Source: Rhodobacterales bacterium
GTDB taxonomy: Bacteria > Pseudomonadota > Alphaproteobacteria > Rhodobacterales > Rhodobacteraceae
Length of the DNA stretch: 64,000 nt
Assembly: GCA_038251315.1 (NCBI GenBank)
Contig: JBBSBK010000003.1
Span: forward strand, 5,324-69,323
Reading direction: 5' to 3'
Notes under the pieces: generated by a model
Seen by the model: the letters and a program-made list of their open reading frames with translations, nothing else
Databases searched by the model: none
Told to the model about the DNA's origin: nothing
In this document: in pieces, positions 22,314 through 31,308 of the stretch
Layout: each line of letters opens with the position of its first letter
How positions within the stretch are numbered: the stretch's first letter is position 1
Made by a program: the position numbers and the translations under genes

Positions 22314-23255
22314 TCAGGTGCGCCAATCGGTGCGTTTGCTGCCGATCTCGGCCAGATCAAAGGGCGTGGTCAGGTAGGTTTCGGAAATCCAGTTGCCGTA
22401 AAGCAGATGCGCGTGGCTGCGCCAGCGGTTCTGCGGTTTGCGCGCCGGGTCGTTGTCGGGATAATAGTTGGCAGGCACATTGATCGGCACACCTGCGGCA
22501 ACATCGCGGTCGTATTCCTGTTTCAGCGTGTCACTGTCGTATTCGAAATGGTTGAAGATATACAGGGCGCGGTGCTCCGCATCTTCGACCAAACAGGGGC
22601 CGGTGTCGGCGCTGTCGATCAGCACCTTGAGGCCCGCACCTTCGATCTCGGGGCGCTGCATTTCGGTCCAGCGGCTGACGGGGATCACCATATCGTCGGA
22701 AAATCCGCGCAGGTAGGGCGATGTAGGGTCGCAGTTGGTGTGGCGGACACAGCCGAACGCCTTGGCGTCGAGCAGGTGTTTGGGCACGTTGTGGAAATGA
22801 TTGATCATCGCCATGCCACCCCAGCAAACGCCGAATGTGGAATGCACATGGGTCTGGGTCCAGTCCATGACCTGCATCAGCTCTGCCCAGTAAGTCACCT
22901 GATCGAAGGGTAAATGCTCTATCGGTGCGCCGGTGATGATCACCCCGTCGAACTTTTCGCCGCTCGTCACGACCTCGCAAAAGGGGCGATAGAAGGCCTC
23001 CATATGGTCGGCCCCGGTGTTTTTACTTTCGTGGTCGGACATGCGGATCAGGCTGAGTTCCACCTGCAATGGCGTCGCCCCGATCAGCCGCGCGAACTGG
23101 TTTTCGGTCTGGATCTTCTTGGGCATCAGGTTCAGCAACCCGATGCGCATGGGTCGGATATCCTGCTTGTCGGCGGTATCCTCGGGCATGACCATGACGC
23201 CTTCGCGCTTCAATACGCTATAGGCGGGCAGCGATGCGGGGAGCTTGATGGGCAT
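22314..23255 (-). CDS. metA: homoserine O-acyltransferase MetA (O-succinyl/O-acetyl)
   Basis: [21 protein letters not shown] is the canonical MetA N-terminus. Confidence 0.93.
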   Translation of the reverse strand: MPIKLPASLPAYSVLKREGVMVMPEDTADKQDIRPMRIGLLNLMPKKIQTENQFARLIGATPLQVELSLIRMSDHESKNTGADHMEAFYRPFCEVVTSGEKFDGVIITGAPIEHLPFDQVTYWAELMQVMDWTQTHVHSTFGVCWGGMAMINHFHNVPKHLLDAKAFGCVRHTNCDPTSPYLRGFSDDMVIPVSRWTEMQRPEIEGAGLKVLIDSADTGPCLVEDAEHRALYIFNHFEYDSDTLKQEYDRDVAAGVPINVPANYYPDNDPARKPQNRWRSHAHLLYGNWISETYLTTPFDLAEIGSKRTDWRT

Positions 23256-23258
23256 CTT

Positions 23259-24122
23259 TCAGCTCCGCGCCGTAATGGCGGCACCGATCAAGTCGGTGAA
23301 ATCGTCGGGGGTTCGGACCTTGCCCATATCCTCAGCCGTCACACTGATACCCCAACGCCGCGCCATTGCAGCATAGCGGGGCTGGCGGTGCGCCAGGGCC
23401 TGCGCATAGGTCCATCGGATAAAGGCATCAGGATCAACTTCACCCTCTGAAATATTGTTTTCATGCAGATATTCGTCCCAAATCCGCGCGAGAAACGCAG
23501 GCTGATACGCCATCGGTTTGGGGGCGCGGTCGAACCTGCGGATCAGTGCGGCAGTATGGGCCGTGGTGCCTTCGATCCAGACCATGAGCGTGGTGCTGGC
23601 CAAGGCCGCCATGATCGGATCCTGCGGATTGTCGGGATTGACCCATTCGCAGATCGACCCGCCTGTGTCGCAGACGAAGTGTGCGTAACCATACAAAGCA
23701 CGGGCGCGATCGATGAAATGCGCAGTGTCCAACAATGCAGACACCTCGGACTGGCGAAACTGGTCCTGCCGTCGGGTGTATTCGGTAAACGGCAGGCCGC
23801 CCTTGGCCGAATTACCGGGTTTGCCCAGATAGGTGCTGACCGGGGTCAGATTGTCGAACGCGATATTGGACCCGATGTAGATACTGTCAGACAACAGCAG
23901 ATCGCGCAGGAACGGCACCTGCATGGCCTGCGCCTTGGCGTTGTCGGCGATCAATTCACCCATGTAGCGGGTGCCGATCCGGTAATCGACCGAATAGTGA
24001 AACCAGTCCCCAGTGGAACGCAGGATGTTGGATACATGAGTCTTGCCCAGGCCAGACATGCCGAACAGCAACACCTGCTTTTGGGCAGCCTTGGTCCACG
24101 ATTTTGCGTCTGGGTAGATCAT
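23259..24122 (-). CDS. uncharacterised P-loop NTPase/kinase-like protein
   Basis: Walker A GMSGLGKT near the N-terminus; 287 aa from the ATG at 24122 (track ORF starts at 24161). The stop lies 3 nt before the metA start. Confidence 0.75.
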   Translation of the reverse strand: MIYPDAKSWTKAAQKQVLLFGMSGLGKTHVSNILRSTGDWFHYSVDYRIGTRYMGELIADNAKAQAMQVPFLRDLLLSDSIYIGSNIAFDNLTPVSTYLGKPGNSAKGGLPFTEYTRRQDQFRQSEVSALLDTAHFIDRARALYGYAHFVCDTGGSICEWVNPDNPQDPIMAALASTTLMVWIEGTTAHTAALIRRFDRAPKPMAYQPAFLARIWDEYLHENNISEGEVDPDAFIRWTYAQALAHRQPRYAAMARRWGISVTAEDMGKVRTPDDFTDLIGAAITARS

Positions 24123-24182
24123 GGGGTTGGGTAGCGCGGGGGCGCGGGTTCTGCCAGTCAATTTTGCGGGGGTCTGTCAAGC

Positions 24183-24214
24183 AAAAGGCCCCGCCAATGC
24201 CAGCGGGGCCTTTT
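24183..24214 (-). terminator. rho-independent terminator after the FadL-like gene
   Basis: AAAAGGCCCCGC-CAATGCCA-GCGGGGCCTTTT perfect hairpin with flanking A/T tracts. Confidence 0.6.
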
Positions 24215-24231
24215 GTGCGATCCGGTCAGGA

Positions 24232-25377
24232 TCAGAAGTGATAGGCGATCTTCATCCCGATCGCGACTGCGTCGTTGCCGGTAAAATCAGCGCGTGCGAC
24301 GTCAGGTGTACCGGTCTCGGGCATCGCGTCGCCCAGCCAGATGTAGCGCGCCCCGCCCGAGATCGTCACCTGGTCGTTGATCTTGTAGGCGATCCCGATT
24401 CCGGCAGAATAGTTGCCATTCGTCGGCGACAACGGCGAGACGAGGTCATCTTTCGGCGCTTCGTAACCGACGCTGAACGAGCCGGAAAGCTGATCCGAAA
24501 ACTTGCGACCGACGCCGAGCGCATAGGAGGTTCCGTTTTCAATTTCAGTCAGCGAGTTCGGCCGGGTCAGGGGCTGCACCGCATCGAATATCTGCGGTTC
24601 GACCCTTGTCTGCTCGTATTGCACGTAGCGGATCGAGCCAAAGACCAGCGTGTTTGCTGCGACGCCGGACTGGAATTCAAGATTCCAGGCCTCAGGCGTT
24701 GTGACTCGTGTGGTGGAGTTCACGCCGCCCGCAGGGGTCACACCGGCAAGCTGTTCGTTTGTCGGCAGATCGTGGTCGATCGACGAGAGGTAGGTGAGCG
24801 ATACACGCAACGCGATTTCGGGCTTTTCATAGGCAGCACCGACGAGGTATCCCGTCGCGCCGTCGGTACCGAACGTCGCTTGATAACCATTCAGGCCACC
24901 ATAGGCGAAGCCTTGCAAGTTCACGTCGGCCGAGATTTCCTGATAGCGCAGGCCACCGTGAAAACTGACACCGTTGTCCAGCTTGTAACGACCGATCAGC
25001 GATATCGCGCTGCTGTCGACAATCGCGCGGGTACCGCCCAGATTGACCGAGCCACCGACCGGATAGCTGACGTCCGACCCATAGGGTTGATCCACGATCA
25101 GCGACATCGACACGTTGCTGTTGAAGTCGTATTTGAACGCGCCGCCAATTTGGCTGTAATCTTCGGTGACGTTGCCGCTGTCGTTCCCGCCGGGGAAGGG
25201 GCCGATAGGCCTGTCGGTGCCCGACACGTCCGGCATGATGCGGCCATAGGTCAGTTCGAAATAATTGCCCGCCTCGAAGATCGGTGCGATCGACTGACCC
25301 GAGCGGTCAAGACCAACTGCGGATGCCGTTGTCGTGGTCAGAAGAAGTGCCGCCGTGGCTCCCAAAAACTTGTTCAT
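24232..25377 (-). CDS. outer-membrane transport protein, OmpP1/FadL/TodX family
   Basis: Signal peptide MNKFLGATAALLLTTTTASA, a beta-barrel-like alternating pattern, and a C-terminal ..KIAYHF. AAGGGATGAG RBS. Confidence 0.8.
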   Translation of the reverse strand: MNKFLGATAALLLTTTTASAVGLDRSGQSIAPIFEAGNYFELTYGRIMPDVSGTDRPIGPFPGGNDSGNVTEDYSQIGGAFKYDFNSNVSMSLIVDQPYGSDVSYPVGGSVNLGGTRAIVDSSAISLIGRYKLDNGVSFHGGLRYQEISADVNLQGFAYGGLNGYQATFGTDGATGYLVGAAYEKPEIALRVSLTYLSSIDHDLPTNEQLAGVTPAGGVNSTTRVTTPEAWNLEFQSGVAANTLVFGSIRYVQYEQTRVEPQIFDAVQPLTRPNSLTEIENGTSYALGVGRKFSDQLSGSFSVGYEAPKDDLVSPLSPTNGNYSAGIGIAYKINDQVTISGGARYIWLGDAMPETGTPDVARADFTGNDAVAIGMKIAYHF

Positions 25378-25500
25378 GCTCTCATCCCTTGCACATGTCA
25401 TCTCATCCCTGAGGTTGTGTTCTACAGAACGGTGCAGTTTTCGGTCAATTATTGACGCTACGTTATGCCGCAGATTGCATCATAACGTCACAAAATTACC

Positions 25501-26355
25501 CTAAGGCGTCCGCCGCGTCAGGTTGATCCAGTTCCCGGTAAAAATGATCGCAGCACCTAGGAAAACCAGCGGATCAAGCACTTCGCCGTAAACCAGAGCG
25601 CCCACAACGGCGATGACCGGCAGTCGGGCAAAGTCGATTGGCGTAACGATGCTGGCCGGTGCCAGCGACAGCGCCGTCGTCAGACAGAAATGCGCGACCA
25701 GCCCCGCGCACCCGATCAGCGCCAGCCAGGGTGCGTTCGCCGCCGAGGGGAGTGCGATGTCGCCGTCATATCCGGCACAGATCAGCCCGAATATCGCCTG
25801 CAGCACCGTCAGCCAGAACATGATGCAGGTGATCGTTTCGGTCCGCGTCAGTTTGCGGGTGAAAATCGCCGAAAACGCGAACCCGATAGCGCACAGCGCG
25901 GCCGGGACGACTCCGGGGCCGATGTTGCCCGGATCGGGCCGCGCCACGATCAGGATGCCGACGAACCCGATCAGCGCCGAAATCACCGACACCCGGCGCA
26001 AGCGTTCACCCAGCAGCAGGGGTGACAGCAGGATCACCCAGATCGGCGTGGTGAATTCCAGCGCGAAAACCTGCGCCAGCGGCGCGACGGTGATGGCATA
26101 GAACCACAGATTCTGGCCACTGAAATGCGCCAGATTGCGGATCAGATGCAACTCCGGCGTGCGGCGGGTAATTTGCCCCAGCGTCCCCGCGGCACCGCCG
26201 ACTGCCAGCACGATGACGATGCCGGTCAGGCTGCGATACAGCATGATCTCGAACGTATCGAGCGACAGGCTGACCGCCCGCCCGGCCACCGCCATGGCGC
26301 TGAACGACGCAATCGCGCCGATCATCCAGAGGCCGGCGCGCAGCGTGGGGGTCAT
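25501..26355 (-). CDS. DMT superfamily (EamA-like) transporter
   Basis: 284 aa, roughly 10 predicted TM helices, two EamA-like halves. ATGA overlap with the upstream gene. Confidence 0.85.
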   Translation of the reverse strand: MTPTLRAGLWMIGAIASFSAMAVAGRAVSLSLDTFEIMLYRSLTGIVIVLAVGGAAGTLGQITRRTPELHLIRNLAHFSGQNLWFYAITVAPLAQVFALEFTTPIWVILLSPLLLGERLRRVSVISALIGFVGILIVARPDPGNIGPGVVPAALCAIGFAFSAIFTRKLTRTETITCIMFWLTVLQAIFGLICAGYDGDIALPSAANAPWLALIGCAGLVAHFCLTTALSLAPASIVTPIDFARLPVIAVVGALVYGEVLDPLVFLGAAIIFTGNWINLTRRTP

Positions 26356-28238
26356 TTGCCGCGATTCCCCAACAGGTCGGACAGCGCCGCGCCGAAGTAG
26401 ACAGCGCCTTCCGGCGTCAGGTGGCCGCCGTCGTGGCTGAGCAGCGCACCTTGGCTCGAAAACAGGCGACAGGCGCCGGGGCTGTCACAGTAGGCGCTGT
26501 CGAGATCGACGAACACGGCAGGTTCGGCAATGCGGCGCAATGCGGCATTGATGGCGTCATGCGACGGTTGCCACACATTCGGGTCCACCCTGACTGCGGC
26601 CAGTTCCGGCAGGCCCATACTGCGGCGTGCGCGGTAATCCACCCGGCCCCAGGATTTTGCGCTGAAAAGCCGCAACCGCGCGTCGCTTGCCGTGGCGATC
26701 CGGTCCAGCGTTTCGGGCATGTAAGGCAGTTCCCAGTCGGCCCAGTGCGACACCAGCCAGATCTCGTCGGCCTCGGCGATCAACGCCTGCAGCGCCGGGT
26801 CGGCGTAGCGCGGGACGTCTGCGCAACCCTGGCGAAAGGCAGCGGGCAGATCGTTTGTCACATCCGCGTCAGTCCAGACGCTGCCGCAGCGGGCCGGGAT
26901 GTAGGCGGTGGCGACCTGATAATAACCTTTCAGGGCAGAGTTTTGCAGGACGTTGATCATGTCCTGCGCAAAGCTGTCACCGATCACCAGAAGGCGCGGC
27001 CTGGAATCGGCGGGGGCAAAGGGGCGCATCCTCAGCGCGTCGAAAGCCGCGACGACATAGTCTCCGGCATCGAACTGGCGGGACAGATTCTGACGGTGAA
27101 TGCCATCATAGCGGTCGAGAAAACCCTGCCGCGCGTCGCCAGTCAGACCAAGCACCAGAAACAGCGCGGTGCCGGTGACGGCAAGGCCGAACACCGTGCG
27201 GCGCGGCACGGTGCGGGACCGGCGGAACGGCGCCTCGATAAACCGCCAGGTCAGATATCCGAGCGGGAACGACAGCGCGCCAACCGCTCCCATCAACGCC
27301 AGCGACGGCGGCGCGGGCCAAAGATAGCGGGTAAAGACCAGAAGCGGCTGGTGCCAAAGATAGACGCTGTAGCTGATCAATCCCATACCGACGCAGCCGC
27401 GCCAGCCCAGAAGTCGCCCGGTCGCTGTGTCCCCGGTTGCGAACAGGATCACCAGAAACGCGCCGAAGGTCGGGATCAGCGTGTAAATACCCGCGACCGG
27501 CGTGGCATCGGAAAAGGCGAAGACGGCGACAGCGATCAACGCGAGTCCCGTGAACGCAATCAGTTCGGCGAGAGCGCGCGGAATGATCACCTGCCGCCTG
27601 TCGTGCAAGATGAAAGCGGCGAATGCACCGAGGAGGATTTCCCAGCCGCGCGAGATCAACAGAAAGAAGGCGAGATCGGGTTTTTGGATCGACCCCCATT
27701 GCCCGATGGTCATGCTGAACACGAACAAAAGGCCAAGGATCGCGACGACCCACCGCCGTTTCCAGCGCCATGCCAGCATCAGGATCAATGGAAAGAGGAT
27801 GTAATACTGTTCCTCGACCGCGAGGCTCCATGTATGCAGCAGCGGAACCAACCCGGCGTCGGTATCGAAATAGCCGCTTTGGCGGGCGAACAGGATATTG
27901 GCGGTGAATGTGGCGACGGCAGCAACGCTGCGGGCGAATTCCTGCATCGGTTGCGGCATCAGGATGAACCATGCTGCGATGCATGACAGGCCGACGATAA
28001 AGAACAGTGCGGGCAAGATACGCCGGGCGCGGCGTTCGTAGAAATGCAGCAGGCTGAACTGTCCCCCAGCAAGGTCGGTCATGATGATCGAGGTGATAAG
28101 GTAGCCCGAGATCACGAAGAACACGTCGACCCCGACATAGCCGCCGCCCAACGTAGTGAACCCCGCATGGAACAGAACCACCGGGACGACAGCGACAGCG
28201 CGCAGACCGTCGATTTCGGCACGATAGGTCAGCGACAT
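26352..28238 (-). CDS. acyltransferase family 3 protein with C-terminal SGNH-like domain (OafA/YrhL type)
   Basis: EIDGLRAVAVVPVVLFH is an acyltransferase-3 N-terminal motif. Roughly 10 TM helices plus a soluble C-terminal domain (VIGDSFA). Confidence 0.85.
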   Translation of the reverse strand: MSLTYRAEIDGLRAVAVVPVVLFHAGFTTLGGGYVGVDVFFVISGYLITSIIMTDLAGGQFSLLHFYERRARRILPALFFIVGLSCIAAWFILMPQPMQEFARSVAAVATFTANILFARQSGYFDTDAGLVPLLHTWSLAVEEQYYILFPLILMLAWRWKRRWVVAILGLLFVFSMTIGQWGSIQKPDLAFFLLISRGWEILLGAFAAFILHDRRQVIIPRALAELIAFTGLALIAVAVFAFSDATPVAGIYTLIPTFGAFLVILFATGDTATGRLLGWRGCVGMGLISYSVYLWHQPLLVFTRYLWPAPPSLALMGAVGALSFPLGYLTWRFIEAPFRRSRTVPRRTVFGLAVTGTALFLVLGLTGDARQGFLDRYDGIHRQNLSRQFDAGDYVVAAFDALRMRPFAPADSRPRLLVIGDSFAQDMINVLQNSALKGYYQVATAYIPARCGSVWTDADVTNDLPAAFRQGCADVPRYADPALQALIAEADEIWLVSHWADWELPYMPETLDRIATASDARLRLFSAKSWGRVDYRARRSMGLPELAAVRVDPNVWQPSHDAINAALRRIAEPAVFVDLDSAYCDSPGACRLFSSQGALLSHDGGHLTPEGAVYFGAALSDLLGNRGK

Positions 28239-28311
28239 GTCAGGCAGTCGGCAATTGGTCGCAGAAGTGCAATCGCGCCGATCACGGAAAGCACGGCGCG
28301 GGTAGTCGGCC

Positions 28312-29613
28312 TCATTGGATCGGCGTCGCCGGGGCGGTCAGGCTTTGCACCGGGATCGTAAGGGTGGTGTCGTCGGCACCGTCCAGCCGGTCGGCGTTGG
28401 CCAGTGCCGGGAACATTTTGAACCACGCGCCGGTGACGAACAGCGTGCCCACCCCGCCAAAAACCGCCGCACCGACCGGGCCGATCAGGCGGGCAATAAC
28501 ACCACTTTCGAACTCGCCCAATTCGTTGCTGCCGGAAATGAACAACCCCGATACCGACGATACCCGCCCGCGCATGTGGTCGGGCGTCACGATCTGCACG
28601 AGGGTCTGGCGCACATAGACCGAGATCATGTCGGCGCCCCCCAGCACCGCAAGGGCGAAAACCGACAGCCACATGTTTTTCGACAGGCCAAAGACGATGG
28701 TCGCCACACCGAACGCGCCGACCGCCAGAAACATGCGCTTGCCCGCCTTTTGGGTCAGCGGCCAGCGGGCAAGGCAGATCGCGACGATGGTCGCGCCGAT
28801 GGCGGGGCCAGAGCGCAGGATGCCGAACCCTTCCGGCCCGACTTTGAGGATGTCGCTGGCAAACGCGGGCAGCAGCGCCGTCGCGCCGCCCAACAGCACC
28901 GCGAAGAGGTCGAGCGAGATCGCACCGAACACGATCTTGTTGGTCCATGTATAGGCCAGTCCTTCGCGCAGTTGCTGGATTTTGCTGCCGGGCTGGATTT
29001 GCGGGGTCGTGTTGCCGCGGATCAGCAGGATGATGCCAAGACCGATGGCATAGAGCACCGCGGCAGTCCCATAGGCGACAGCGACCGACAGGGCACAGAG
29101 CAGCCCGCCGACCCATGGCCCGATGATGACTGCCCCCTGCCAAGACAGAGATTTTAGCGAAATCGCCTGCGGCATGTCGGATTTGGGGACCAGCATCGGG
29201 GTCAGCGCCGATGCGGCGGGCGACAGAAACGCCCGCGCCGCACCGAACACGGCCGCGATCATGAAGATATGGGAGAACTTGGGATCAGGCTCCAGCGCGA
29301 CGGCGACAAGACCCAGTACGCACAGCACTTCGACCACCAGCGAGCCCCAGACGATCGTCTTGCGGTTCATCCGGTCGGCGAGCAATCCGGCGAACAGGGT
29401 CAGCGCGAACAGGGGCAGGAACTGCACAAGGCCGACCATGCCGACCAGAAACGCGCTTTCCGCGATGGTTCGGTCCAGCCGGGCAAGGCCGTAGATCTGC
29501 CAGCCGATGGTGACAGCCTCGACCTGGACGGCAGTGTTGACCAGCAACATGCCAAGCCAGAACAGGCCGAAATCGCGATGACGGAACAGAAAACGCTGGT
29601 TAAGAGCGGTCAA
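28312..29613 (-). CDS. MFS transporter (EntS/MFS_3-like exporter family)
   Basis: FRHRDFGLFWLG is typical of this MFS subfamily; 12 TM helices. The only possible start is the TTG at 29613, one codon after the guaA stop. Confidence 0.85.
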   Translation of the reverse strand: MTALNQRFLFRHRDFGLFWLGMLLVNTAVQVEAVTIGWQIYGLARLDRTIAESAFLVGMVGLVQFLPLFALTLFAGLLADRMNRKTIVWGSLVVEVLCVLGLVAVALEPDPKFSHIFMIAAVFGAARAFLSPAASALTPMLVPKSDMPQAISLKSLSWQGAVIIGPWVGGLLCALSVAVAYGTAAVLYAIGLGIILLIRGNTTPQIQPGSKIQQLREGLAYTWTNKIVFGAISLDLFAVLLGGATALLPAFASDILKVGPEGFGILRSGPAIGATIVAICLARWPLTQKAGKRMFLAVGAFGVATIVFGLSKNMWLSVFALAVLGGADMISVYVRQTLVQIVTPDHMRGRVSSVSGLFISGSNELGEFESGVIARLIGPVGAAVFGGVGTLFVTGAWFKMFPALANADRLDGADDTTLTIPVQSLTAPATPIQ

Positions 29614-29616
29614 TGG

Positions 29617-31170
29617 TCATTCCCATTCGATGGTGCCGGGCGGTTTGCTGGTGATGTCATAGGTGACGCGGTTGATTCCCTTGACCTCATTGATGATCCG
29701 GGTCGCGGTCTCGCCCAGAAAATCGTGGGTAAACGGGTAATAATCGGCCGTCATGCCGTCGACGCTTGTCACCGCGCGCAGGGCGCAGGCGAAATCGTAG
29801 GTACGCCCATCGCCCATGACGCCGACCGTGCGCACCGGCAGGATCGCGACGAAGGCCTGCCAGATGTCGTCATAGAGGTTATGGCGGCGGATCTGGTCGA
29901 TGAACACCGCGTCGGCCTTGCGCAGGATCGCCAGCTTTTCGCGGGTGATCTCGCCGGGACAGCGGATCGCCAGACCGGGGCCAGGAAAGGGGTGCCGCCC
30001 GATGAAACTGTCGGGCAGGCCGAGTTCACGGCCCAAGGCCCGGACCTCGTCCTTGAACAATTCGCGCAGGGGTTCGACCAGCTTGAGGCCCATCTTTTCG
30101 GGCAAGCCGCCCACGTTGTGGTGGCTTTTGATCGTGACCGAGGGGCCGCCGGAAAACGACACGCTTTCGATCACGTCGGGATAAAGCGTGCCTTGCGCCA
30201 GAAATTTCGCATCGCCGACTGCCGTCGCATGCTTCTGGAACACGTCGATGAACAGCCGCCCGATGATCTTGCGTTTGGTTTCAGGGTCGCTGACGCCGTC
30301 CAGTTCGCCCAGAAACAATTCCTGTTCGTCGGCATGGATCAGCGGCATGTTGTAGTGGTCGCGGAACATGGTGACGACATGTTCGGCCTCGCCCAACCGC
30401 AGCAACCCGTGATCAACGAAAACGCAGGTCAGCTGATCGCCGATCGCCTCGTGGAGCAGCACCGCCGCGACCGACGAATCGACGCCGCCGGACAGGCCGC
30501 AAATGACCTTGGCATCGCCGACCTGTGCGCGGATCTGGCGGATCGCCTCGTCGCGGTAGGCCCCCATCGTCCAGTCGCCCGAAAACCCGGCGAGCCGGAC
30601 AAAGTTTTCATACAGTTTCGCGCCGTTCGGGGTGTGGTGCACTTCGGGATGGAACTGTACCGCGTAAAAATGACGCGACGGGTCGGCGGTGATTGCAAAT
30701 GGCGCGTTGGGTGATGTCCCATAGACGGCAAAACCGGGCGCGATGCGCGAGACGTGATCGCCGTGCGACATCCAGACCTGTTCGCGGTCGGTCAGGAACC
30801 AACCGACAAGCAGGTCCAGTTTGCCCTCCGGGGATACATAGGCACGACCGAATTCCGCTGTGCCGTGGCCAGATTCGACCAGCCCGCCCAGTTGCGTCAT
30901 CATCGTCTGCTGACCGTAACAGATGCCGAGGACCGGAACGCCCAGTGACCAGAGCGATTCCGGCGCCCGCGGGCTGCCTTCGCGGGTCACTGAATCGGGG
31001 CCGCCTGACAGGATCACGGCCTTTGGGGCAAAGTCCGCCAGAAAGGCTTCCGTGACCTTCTGATAGGGATGAATTTCGCAATAGACGTGCAGTTCGCGCA
31101 GGCGGCGGGCGATCAGCTGGGTCACCTGCGACCCGAAATCAATGATCAAAAGGCGTTCGTGCTGGCTCAT
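29617..31170 (-). CDS. guaA: GMP synthase (glutamine-hydrolysing)
   Basis: Canonical GuaA ending ..PPGTIEWE. The ATG at 31170 ([15 protein letters not shown]) is preferred to the longer track ORF. Confidence 0.97.
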   Translation of the reverse strand: MSQHERLLIIDFGSQVTQLIARRLRELHVYCEIHPYQKVTEAFLADFAPKAVILSGGPDSVTREGSPRAPESLWSLGVPVLGICYGQQTMMTQLGGLVESGHGTAEFGRAYVSPEGKLDLLVGWFLTDREQVWMSHGDHVSRIAPGFAVYGTSPNAPFAITADPSRHFYAVQFHPEVHHTPNGAKLYENFVRLAGFSGDWTMGAYRDEAIRQIRAQVGDAKVICGLSGGVDSSVAAVLLHEAIGDQLTCVFVDHGLLRLGEAEHVVTMFRDHYNMPLIHADEQELFLGELDGVSDPETKRKIIGRLFIDVFQKHATAVGDAKFLAQGTLYPDVIESVSFSGGPSVTIKSHHNVGGLPEKMGLKLVEPLRELFKDEVRALGRELGLPDSFIGRHPFPGPGLAIRCPGEITREKLAILRKADAVFIDQIRRHNLYDDIWQAFVAILPVRTVGVMGDGRTYDFACALRAVTSVDGMTADYYPFTHDFLGETATRIINEVKGINRVTYDITSKPPGTIEWE

Positions 31171-31308
31171 GAGAGCGGCATATGTTGGGGGCGGGGGACG
31201 TGCAAGAGTGGCCATGCGCAGATGTCGCTTTCGCCCCGCAATGGCCGCAAATCCGGCACCGCGCGTGCGGCGGGGGGGCTAAACCCGAAGTCACCATGAA
31301 GGGGATGA

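Noticed and set aside
24121-25455. 444-aa plus-strand ORF antisense to the FadL-like gene
   Set aside because: The opposite strand encodes a protein with a signal peptide, a beta-barrel pattern and a terminal Phe. This frame has no motifs and an Arg-rich composition.
26421-27986. 521-aa plus-strand ORF antisense to the acyltransferase-3 gene
   Set aside because: Shadow ORF. Highly charged, Arg/Gln/Asp-rich translation opposite a clear polytopic membrane protein.
29269-30714. 481-aa plus-strand ORF antisense to the MFS gene and guaA
   Set aside because: It crosses a gene boundary on the other strand, and guaA is unambiguous. Shadow ORF.
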